64,000 nt of DNA from Clostridia bacterium (GCA_045589295.1 JAZNOU010000005.1:1-64000); one strand, 5' to 3'; positions 28,152-35,739 are shown, counted from the first letter of the stretch. Numbers and translations: made by a program. The notes: a model not told the origin generated them from the letters alone.

Positions 28152-29748
28152 TACTATGTCCCCTTTTTTCAATCATATCACTTATTAAATCGGCATACTC
28201 TTCACATTTTCTTTCATCTTCACATTCTATCATAACACGCACTACAGGTTCGGTACCGCTTTTCCTTAACAGCACCCTGCCGTTTCCTGAAATCATATCT
28301 TCTACGCTCTTAACTGCATTTAGAACCTCCTTATCTTCTACCGCCTTATCTTTGTTTTTAACATATATATTTTTTGTGTACTGTGGATATAAAACCACAT
28401 CTTTTGCAAGTACTGAAAGAGAACTTTTCGCATCACACATTTGTTCAGCAATCATTATTGCAGTTAAAATTCCATCTCCGGTTGTTGCATACTTTTTCAA
28501 AATTATGTGCCCTGACTGTTCACCACCTAAACAATAATCATTATTTTGCATTGCTTCGTACACAAACCTGTCGCCAACATTTGTTTTTATACATTTTATC
28601 CCAATATTTTCAAGGCTTTTTATAAGCCCGCTGTTTGACATAATAGTCAAAACAATAGTATCATCATTTAAAATTCCTCTTTGCTTTAATCTTTTACCTA
28701 AAATGTACATCATTTTGTCACCATCAACAATGTTGCCATTTTCGTCTACTGCAATACATCTGTCTGCATCACCATCAAACGCAAAACCTACATCTAAATG
28801 TTTTTCTTTTACTATCCTACACAAATTTTCAATATGGGTTGAACCACAATTTTGATTAACATTCAATCCGTTTGGCTGTGTTCCAACAGTAACCACACTT
28901 GCCCCAAGTGCCCCAAAGACCGATTTTGCTATCATCCACGATGCACCATTTGCACAATCAAGTCCTATTCTCAAATGCTTATATGAGTGCGACGCAAGAG
29001 ATATTAAATATCCTACATACCTGTTTCTGCCTGCAGAGTGGTCTACAATGCAACCTATTTGCTCCCTTTTGGCGTATGGCAAATCATCTTCTACACCCAG
29101 TAATTTCAATTCTCCATCAATATAAGCCTCAATGTATGATGCAGTCTCATCATCAAGTTTTTCGCCGTACCTGTTTATTATTTTTATCCCATTATCGTAA
29201 TATGGATTATGAGAAGCAGTTATCATAATTCCACAATCAAACTCCTCAAGTCTTGTAACATAAGAAACACTTGGCGTTGTTGTAACATGTAGCATGTAAG
29301 CATCTGCACCCGACGCAGTAATACCTGCTGCAATTGCATACTCAAGCATATAGCTTGAACGTCTTGTGTCTTTACCAATTACTATTTTAGGCCTTTGTCC
29401 TGCTTTGATTTTTGAAGAATAGTACCAGCCTAAAAATCTGCCTACTTTATATGCCTGTGTCGCAGTAGGACCAACATTTGCCTCTCCTCTGAAACCATCC
29501 GTACCAAAATATTTATTTGGTAATTCTTGTTTTTCTTTACTCTTAATACAAATATCCTCTCGCAAGAGTTCATCTGTTGAAACAGCAAACAACTCACAAA
29601 GCTGAATTACTTTATCAATTTGTGGAAGTGCCTGATTTATCTCCCATTTTGAAACAGATTGTCTTGAAACAGACATTATTTCTGCCAGTTGCTCCTGGGA
29701 AATTCCTTTTTCTATACGAAGTTTTGCAATTTTATCTCCTATTTTCAT
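28144..29748 (-). CDS. glmM: XRE-family HTH domain fused to phosphoglucosamine mutase
   Basis: Residues 1-63 are an XRE HTH (SQEQLAEIMSVSRQSVSKWE); then KYFGTDGFRG, ITASHNP (catalytic Ser), DGDADR, GGEQSGH, RKSGTEPVVRVM. Confidence 0.9.
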   Translation of the reverse strand: MKIGDKIAKLRIEKGISQEQLAEIMSVSRQSVSKWEINQALPQIDKVIQLCELFAVSTDELLREDICIKSKEKQELPNKYFGTDGFRGEANVGPTATQAYKVGRFLGWYYSSKIKAGQRPKIVIGKDTRRSSYMLEYAIAAGITASGADAYMLHVTTTPSVSYVTRLEEFDCGIMITASHNPYYDNGIKIINRYGEKLDDETASYIEAYIDGELKLLGVEDDLPYAKREQIGCIVDHSAGRNRYVGYLISLASHSYKHLRIGLDCANGASWMIAKSVFGALGASVVTVGTQPNGLNVNQNCGSTHIENLCRIVKEKHLDVGFAFDGDADRCIAVDENGNIVDGDKMMYILGKRLKQRGILNDDTIVLTIMSNSGLIKSLENIGIKCIKTNVGDRFVYEAMQNNDYCLGGEQSGHIILKKYATTGDGILTAIMIAEQMCDAKSSLSVLAKDVVLYPQYTKNIYVKNKDKAVEDKEVLNAVKSVEDMISGNGRVLLRKSGTEPVVRVMIECEDERKCEEYADLISDMIEKRGHSID

Positions 29749-29784
29749 TTAATCACAACTCCTTTTATATGTAAAAGCATATTT

Positions 29785-29813
29785 ATGATATCAAATAAAA
29801 ATACATCTATCAA
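29785..29813 (-). promoter_or_regulatory. sigma-A promoter candidate of HTH-glmM
   Basis: TTGATA-17-TATCAT. Confidence 0.5.
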
Positions 29814-29964
29814 GCAACTTTACATTGAACTTTTGTCAACCTTAAGTTGCAGTTTAAATTTAATTTTCCCTATTTGGTATTTATAATACATATGCAATAC
29901 CTACTTGCATTTTCATGCCTTTTAAGTTTTATCACTAAAAATATTAATTTTTATAAATAAAATA

Positions 29965-30001
29965 CCGAACAAAAACGTCTCTAAGAAGTGTTTTTGTTCG
30001 G
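29965..30001 (-). terminator. hairpin terminator after the AEC transporter gene
   Basis: CCGAACAAAAAC...GTTTTTGTTCGG. Confidence 0.6.
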
Positions 30002-30023
30002 CAAAATGTAATAAGTTGTTATA

Positions 30024-30956
30024 TTATTTTATAAGCATAAAAATTAATGGAATTGTTATGATTGCAAGCAGATGGGAAATAACCGTCATACCTGAAGCCA
30101 CCGACGTATCCTTACCAAGTCCACTTGGAATAACAATTGTATTAAGCCCAAGTGGCATAGCAAGTGAGCAAATTCCGCAAATATAAATTGTCTCTGGTAT
30201 TTCAAAGAATGAAACAACAACTATAAAAATTACAGGCATAACAACAAGTCTGACAAATGAGATAATATAAATTCTTATATTGGTAAATGTTTTTTTCAGA
30301 GATATTGTCGACACTACCACACCTGTAAGAATCATAGCTATAGGTGACATGCAACTACCAGCAACATCTATAATTGAAACTCCCCAACGTGGAATTGAAA
30401 TTTGAAACAAACCTATTGCAATTCCTATAAGCATTGCAACAAACATAGGGTTAACAAAAGACTTTAGGTTATCTTTAAATGTTTGTTTTTTCGCTGAATC
30501 TGCAATAAGAAGTCTAGGTACACCCCAAAGGAATATCAACATCCAAAGGGGCAGTGTAAAAATTAAGTATTCAAAGAAAATGTCCGGAAAAATACTGCTT
30601 ACAACCGCGTTACCCATAAATCCAAAATTTGAAAATGATAAACCATAAGTATAAATTTTTTGAATATATTTATCCTTTGTAAGTAATTTTGAAACTAATA
30701 TTGCAAAAGGAATTGCAATAAATGCTATCAAAAAGCTTACGGACAACAACTTCCATGCAGTACCAATTCGCTCTATTGTAAAGTTTTCGATAAATGTTCC
30801 CATAACAAGTGCAGGTATAAAGATTGTATTTTCCAGTTTTGATAAAACCATAGCTGAATTATCAGGTAATATTTTTAGTTTAACAAGTATGTATCCTATT
30901 ACTATAAAACCAAAAAGAAAACATATTTGATTTAATGTGGCTGCAAAAATTTCCAT
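30024..30956 (-). CDS. AEC family transporter (malate permease-like)
   Basis: About 10 TM helices; FSNFGFMG, SPIAMILTG, AMPLGLN. Confidence 0.85.
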   Translation of the reverse strand: MEIFAATLNQICFLFGFIVIGYILVKLKILPDNSAMVLSKLENTIFIPALVMGTFIENFTIERIGTAWKLLSVSFLIAFIAIPFAILVSKLLTKDKYIQKIYTYGLSFSNFGFMGNAVVSSIFPDIFFEYLIFTLPLWMLIFLWGVPRLLIADSAKKQTFKDNLKSFVNPMFVAMLIGIAIGLFQISIPRWGVSIIDVAGSCMSPIAMILTGVVVSTISLKKTFTNIRIYIISFVRLVVMPVIFIVVVSFFEIPETIYICGICSLAMPLGLNTIVIPSGLGKDTSVASGMTVISHLLAIITIPLIFMLIK

Positions 30957-31039
30957 TTTATTATATCGCTTACAAGCGATTCTCCTTTCTGTTCTTTGTT
31001 TTATGTATTTTCATAAATTCACAATAGTTATTGTTCTTA

Positions 31040-31888
31040 TCAATACCTTATATAATCTAAAGTTTTATTTCTCTTTGAAATATGTTTTAAATAATCTTCA
31101 TAATTAAGTGAAGCGATTGTAAGCATAAGTGCATCTATTACGCATATATGCGCTACGCGTGCAGACACAGCTTCAACAGGATAATTCTTTTCATCGGCAT
31201 ACACTGAAACCGAATAATCACTTTCATTATATAAAAAACTTTTTGTAAAACTGGTTAAAGATATTGTTGTTGCACCCGCTTGTTTTGAACAACGCATTGT
31301 ATCAACAACTGCTTTTGTAGTTCCACTATGTGAAATACCAAAAGCAACATCTCCCTCTTTCATATTTTTTGCCATAACATTCATTTGAAGAATATCTGTA
31401 TATGCGTATGCCTGAATATCAAGCTGAGAAAAACGATAAGCCGCATCAACCGCGACAACAGCGGATGTACCTACTCCAAATATAAACACACGATTTGCTG
31501 ACGCAATCTTTTTTGCCATCAAATCTATTTTTGTAAAATCAAGCATTTCATATGTGTTTTTTAGTGTATTTATACCAGAATTAAAAACCTTGTTAAAAAT
31601 GACCTTTGGAGTATCTTCCTTATCAAAAGGAGCACTATTTTTAGAAAATTCTTCCTTTGACACTTCACTCGCCAAGGATAGTCTCAATTTTGCAAAACCC
31701 TCTACCCCAATGGATTTGCACATACGATTAACCGCCGACGGCACTGTATCACAAGTTTCTGCAAGCTCTTTTGACGTCATATTCACAATTTTATCAGGAA
31801 ATTTCAGAATAAAAGAAGCAATTCTCTTTTCTGTTTCAGTAAGTTCATTAAACAAATTATGTATTGTAGCTATAATCACTTCAAACAC
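31040..31888 (-). CDS. MurR/RpiR family transcriptional regulator
   Basis: HTH (LTETEKRIASFI...SAVNRMCKSIG) plus SIS domain (FGVGTS, ISHSGTT). Confidence 0.92.
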   Translation of the reverse strand: MFEVIIATIHNLFNELTETEKRIASFILKFPDKIVNMTSKELAETCDTVPSAVNRMCKSIGVEGFAKLRLSLASEVSKEEFSKNSAPFDKEDTPKVIFNKVFNSGINTLKNTYEMLDFTKIDLMAKKIASANRVFIFGVGTSAVVAVDAAYRFSQLDIQAYAYTDILQMNVMAKNMKEGDVAFGISHSGTTKAVVDTMRCSKQAGATTISLTSFTKSFLYNESDYSVSVYADEKNYPVEAVSARVAHICVIDALMLTIASLNYEDYLKHISKRNKTLDYIRY

Positions 31889-32041
31889 CCCACATAAGAA
31901 TATATTTCTATAAGATATGCATTATTCAGAATTCTATTCTACAGAATATCATTAAAATATCAATTTGTCAAGTAAATACATCAATTGCAATGATAATTTT
32001 TAGAAAATATACTCTTATTGTTTTAAATCCTCATATTGCAT

Positions 32042-32078
32042 AATAAATATCCACCCGCTATGCGGGTGGATATTTATT
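32042..32078. terminator. perfect 17-bp stem-loop after HTH-alaA
   Basis: AATAAATATCCACCCGC-tat-GCGGGTGGATATTTATT. Confidence 0.7.
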
Positions 32079-33554
32079 CTAACGCTGTTTATAGTAACTT
32101 AAAAAGTCAGCAAGATTCTTAATCGCATCCTCCAAAACTTCTACACGGGGCAAATACACCACACGGAAATGGTCAGGATCCTTCCAGTTAAAACCTCGGC
32201 CGTTAATCAAGAGAATTTTCTTGTCACGAAGAAGGTCCAAAGCAAACTGTTCATCATTTGTAATATTAAATTTCTTTACATCAATTTTAGGGAAAATATA
32301 AAATGCCGCTTTGGGCTTTACCGCCGAAATTCCGGGTATGTCATTAAGTGCCTTGTAAATATAATCCCTCTGCTCATAAATTCTTCCACCGGGAACAATG
32401 TAGTTTTTCACACTTTGGTACCCGCCCAATGCCGTCTGTACAATCGACTGTGCCGGCACATTGGAACAAAGGCGCATATTTGAAAGCATATTAATCCCTT
32501 GAATATAGTCTTTTGCTATTGCTTTATTGCCACTCAAAATCATCCATCCCACTCGGAACCCTGCAATCATATGAGATTTAGAAAGTCCGCTATAGGTTAC
32601 ACAAAAGAGGTCCGGAGCTAAGGATGCAATTGATATATGTTCTTCGTCATCCATAACAAGACGGTCATAAATTTCATCCGAAAAGATAATTAACTGATTC
32701 TCTCTCGCTACTTTTACAAGCTCTTCCAAAACTTCTCTGGGATAAAGAGCACCCGTTGGATTGTTAGGATTGATAATAACAATAGCCTTGGTGTTTCGTG
32801 TAATTTTGCTGCGTATATCATTTATATCAGGATACCACTCTGACTGTTCGTCACATATGTAATGAACAGCCTTTCCACCAGCCAAAGTGGCACACGCGGT
32901 CCAAAGCGGGTAGTCGGGCGAAGGAATTAACACCTCATCCCCATCATTTAAGAGCGCAGACATACTAAGGTTGATAAGCTCACTTACACCATTTCCTATA
33001 TAAATATCATCAATCGTAACATTAGGAATATTCTTATGTTGTACATACTGCATCACCGCTTTACGAGCAGAAAAAAGTCCTTTAGAATCAGAATATCCCT
33101 CACATTCGGTCAACTGACGGCGCATATCGTAAATCACTTCATCCGGTGCCTGAAAGCCAAAAGGTGCAGGATTTCCAATGTTTAATTTAAGAATCTGCGT
33201 GCCTTCTCCTTCCATTCTTGCAGCTTCTTCCACCACAGGCCCGCGCACATCATAAAGCACATTTTCCAGTTTTGTAGATTTTTTTATATAATGCATGGTA
33301 GTATCCCCCATATTATTATCATTCTTATTTAAGTCTTCCTTACCCAACAACCATTCTTCGCTTACATCAAGAGCTGTTGCTAAAAAACAAAGGGTCTCCT
33401 TGCGTGGTATGATTTTGCCGGAAAGGTATTGAGAAATATGGCTTTTGCCCATTTTAATACCCTGCCCCTGTGCTATACGCACCAGTTCAATTTGTTTTAA
33501 CCCTTTTTTATGGATTGCCCACTGCAACCGTTTGCAAAAAATTGAACTTTCCAT
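32079..33554 (-). CDS. alaA: phage-repressor-like XRE HTH fused to AlaA-type glutamate-pyruvate aminotransferase (class I/II)
   Basis: Residues 1-72 are an HTH (KSHISQYLSGK...LDVSEEWLLG); then LYDVRGP, LKLNIGNP, YSDSKG, INPNNPTG, DEIYD, GLSK (PLP lysine), GFRVGW. Confidence 0.85.
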   Translation of the reverse strand: MESSIFCKRLQWAIHKKGLKQIELVRIAQGQGIKMGKSHISQYLSGKIIPRKETLCFLATALDVSEEWLLGKEDLNKNDNNMGDTTMHYIKKSTKLENVLYDVRGPVVEEAARMEGEGTQILKLNIGNPAPFGFQAPDEVIYDMRRQLTECEGYSDSKGLFSARKAVMQYVQHKNIPNVTIDDIYIGNGVSELINLSMSALLNDGDEVLIPSPDYPLWTACATLAGGKAVHYICDEQSEWYPDINDIRSKITRNTKAIVIINPNNPTGALYPREVLEELVKVARENQLIIFSDEIYDRLVMDDEEHISIASLAPDLFCVTYSGLSKSHMIAGFRVGWMILSGNKAIAKDYIQGINMLSNMRLCSNVPAQSIVQTALGGYQSVKNYIVPGGRIYEQRDYIYKALNDIPGISAVKPKAAFYIFPKIDVKKFNITNDEQFALDLLRDKKILLINGRGFNWKDPDHFRVVYLPRVEVLEDAIKNLADFLSYYKQR

Positions 33555-33588
33555 AATATTTCTCCTTAAAAGTTAATTTTATACCACT

Positions 33589-33618
33589 ATTATACTCCCG
33601 CTTTTTATATTTTGTCAA
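33589..33618 (-). promoter_or_regulatory. sigma-A promoter of HTH-alaA
   Basis: TTGACA-18-TATAAT. Confidence 0.65.
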
Positions 33619-33635
33619 GATTCTCTTAATTATTT

Positions 33636-33659
33636 TTGAACTTTTTTAAAAAAGTTCAA
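33636..33659. promoter_or_regulatory. 24-bp perfect palindrome, operator candidate
   Basis: TTGAACTTTTTT/AAAAAAGTTCAA upstream of the -35 box. Confidence 0.5.
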
Positions 33660-33828
33660 TTTTCACCTTGGATGTTTGATAACCACAAGAAATAGTTTTT
33701 CTTTTTTATAATAAGTTTAAAAATACACATACAACGAATTACTGGTCAATGAAATTTTCTATATTTGCTTCCTCATTTTGTGATAGTTTTGTCAATATTT
33801 CAAGGGTTTATAAAGCATACTTTTGTGT

Positions 33829-33857
33829 TGGGTGCAGGGGCCGGATTTGAACCGACG
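33829..33857 (-). pseudogene. 3' fragment (T-arm + acceptor strand + CCA) of a tRNA-fMet-like gene
   Basis: Minus strand reads CGTCGGTTCAAATCCGGCCCCTGCACCCA; no anticodon or D arm continues upstream. Confidence 0.7.
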
Positions 33858-34021
33858 CCGGAGTGTTAAGAAAACAGTTCGGTGGACTGTTTTTAGCATA
33901 GGATTGCAAAATGCGAGAGCATTTTGTTAATAAAAGAAAACACAATGTGTTTTTTCAATAATTATTCCGCCCGCCGGTCTCATAACCCGGAAGACAACAA
34001 TTTAAGTCGGACTCCGCTATA
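33856..34021 (+). other. degenerate tRNA-fMet-like element with a ~105-nt multi-hairpin insertion replacing the D-arm
   Basis: 5' CGCCGGAGTG; hairpins at 33871-33893, 33907-33926 and 33937-33953; anticodon arm CCGGT-CTCATAA-CCCGG; decayed T-arm; 3' CTCCGCTA. Confidence 0.6.
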
Positions 34022-34022
34022 C

Positions 34023-34060
34023 AAATCAAAAAGGACACCTAAAGGTGTCCTTTTTGATTT
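34023..34060. terminator. bidirectional terminator abutting the tRNA-Ser 3' end
   Basis: AAATCAAAAAGGACACCT-aa-AGGTGTCCTTTTTGATTT. Confidence 0.8.
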
Positions 34061-34151
34061 GGAGGAGAGGATGGGATTCGAACCCACGAAGCAGTTTAGC
34101 TGCTTACAGCATTTCCAATGCTGCGCCTTCGACCAACTCGGCCACCTCTCC
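34060..34151 (-). tRNA. tRNA-Ser(GGA)
   Basis: GGAGAGG acceptor, CAGCA-TTGGAAA-TGCTG anticodon arm, long variable arm, GTTCGAATC, encoded CCA. Confidence 0.96.
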
Positions 34152-34165
34152 GCTTAAACTACTAC

Positions 34166-34194
34166 AGTATACTATAGTTTTAAAAAAATCTCAA
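34166..34194 (-). promoter_or_regulatory. sigma-A promoter of tRNA-Ser
   Basis: TTGAGA-17-TATACT. Confidence 0.6.
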
Positions 34195-34200
34195 GTATTT

Positions 34201-34908
34201 TTAGCTAAATTTTAAAAGGTTTTGGGCATTGCTTTGCAACTCTTCAAAATAATCTTTACCAAATTTACGATTAATCTTACTTACTGCCTTATCCATATTA
34301 GACTTACGTTCATCTAAATTATGCATATCGGAACCTATAACATCAACAACACCTTTTTTCACAAGTTGCTTGACAGCCTTATAATAGTATTTATCTAAAA
34401 ATGAATCAGCATTAGCCTGGACAAAAAGTTCTAGCGAAAGTAATTTTTCAAAAGATTTAAGCACTTTTTTATCTGTGCAAAATCTTTCAAAATGAGCAAG
34501 CACCGGAACAAGTCTACACCTTGCAATTATTTCATAAACCGCATATGTAATCCACTCTGAGTTATCCCTGTACGGAAGCTCTATTAAAATCGTATTTGTA
34601 TCACCTATACATAACTTTTCAATGCCCTCAATTTTAGGTGTGTCAAGTGTAAGAGCAACCTCTGCACCTAAAACTATTTCAGGAATTTTTTCACAGTTTT
34701 TTTCGCATGCTTTCATTAAGTCAAGATATGCTTTCTCGCGCTTTGTCAAAAACTCATCAACACTTTCCGAATCTCCGTGAAAATGAGGCGTTGCCACTAC
34801 AGTAGTTACACCTTGACTATAAAGCATCCCAAGCATTGAAAGTGAAGTTTCAACGCAATCTGCTCCATCATCAATTCCAGGTAAAATATGTGAATGAAAA
34901 TCTATCAT
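34201..34908 (-). CDS. cpsB: PHP-family protein-tyrosine phosphatase (CpsB/YwqE)
   Basis: MIDFHSHILPGIDDGA, ATPH, AHFER, GSDMHN. Confidence 0.9.
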   Translation of the reverse strand: MIDFHSHILPGIDDGADCVETSLSMLGMLYSQGVTTVVATPHFHGDSESVDEFLTKREKAYLDLMKACEKNCEKIPEIVLGAEVALTLDTPKIEGIEKLCIGDTNTILIELPYRDNSEWITYAVYEIIARCRLVPVLAHFERFCTDKKVLKSFEKLLSLELFVQANADSFLDKYYYKAVKQLVKKGVVDVIGSDMHNLDERKSNMDKAVSKINRKFGKDYFEELQSNAQNLLKFS

Positions 34909-34910
34909 AT

Positions 34911-35720
34911 CTATTTATCCGAATTATGTTCGTTAACATTATAATAATAGTAGCCGTATTTACCATACGCACCATATCCGCGTCTTGAATAATACTTACC
35001 CTTGTAAATACCGTATCTGTTTTTAGAATTATCAACACCATTTAATACGATACCAATAATTTTTGAGTTTGTAAACTTAATACTCTCAATTGCCAGATCA
35101 AGCATTGATTTGGGGGTATATTTAACTCGTGCAACCAAAAGAACACCATCACTTAAGGAAGATACTGTAAGTGTATCAGAGACAATTGAAACCGGTGGCG
35201 AATCTATAAATATATAATCATAGTTTTGCTTTAATTCATCAATCATATTAACAAATACAGACGAACTGATAAGTTCTGATGGATTTGGAGGAACACTTCC
35301 TGCTGTAATACAATCAAAACCTAATTTAGTTTTTATTATAACATTTTTAAGTTCGGCAAATCCGCCCAAAACTCCTGAAAGTCCCTCGTTATTATCAATT
35401 TCTAAATATTTATGTATTTTAGGTTTTCTTAAATCTCCGTCTACAATTAAAACTTTAGAACCAATCTGTGAAAATGTTACTGCTGCATTAAGAGCAGTTG
35501 TTGTCTTTCCGTCACCAGGAATAGCACTTGTAACAACAACTGCTTTAGGATTACCATCGTTTTTAAGCGAAAACATAATATTAGTTCTTAATGTTTTATA
35601 TGCTTCTCTTGCAGAAAATTCTGTATTTTTATCAATTACTGCACTTTCCCTTTTCTGTTGATGTCTTTTAATTTTTTTAAGTCTTAATAAATTACGAACA
35701 CCTAACTTACTTTTCTTCAT
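34911..35720 (-). CDS. cpsD: bacterial tyrosine kinase (CpsD/CapB)
   Basis: EAYKTLRTNI, GDGKTT, DGDLRKP, IDSPP, C-terminal Tyr cluster. Confidence 0.92.
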   Translation of the reverse strand: MKKSKLGVRNLLRLKKIKRHQQKRESAVIDKNTEFSAREAYKTLRTNIMFSLKNDGNPKAVVVTSAIPGDGKTTTALNAAVTFSQIGSKVLIVDGDLRKPKIHKYLEIDNNEGLSGVLGGFAELKNVIIKTKLGFDCITAGSVPPNPSELISSSVFVNMIDELKQNYDYIFIDSPPVSIVSDTLTVSSLSDGVLLVARVKYTPKSMLDLAIESIKFTNSKIIGIVLNGVDNSKNRYGIYKGKYYSRRGYGAYGKYGYYYYNVNEHNSDK

Positions 35721-35739
35721 ACAAATTCCCTCTTTTATC

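Noticed and set aside
29749-30020. Possible glmS ribozyme or other riboswitch upstream of HTH-glmM
   Set aside because: No AGCGCC...GACGAGG core; the predicted leader is only about 30 nt
33636-33659. GAAC...GTTC as a LexA box
   Set aside because: Spacer is 12 nt rather than 4
33856-34021. Group I intron in a tRNA-fMet
   Set aside because: The insert is only ~105 nt, lies in the D-arm rather than the anticodon loop, shows no P7 core, and the T-arm is decayed
33924-34157. 77-aa plus-strand ORF
   Set aside because: Runs through the tRNA-like element, the terminator and the antisense of tRNA-Ser
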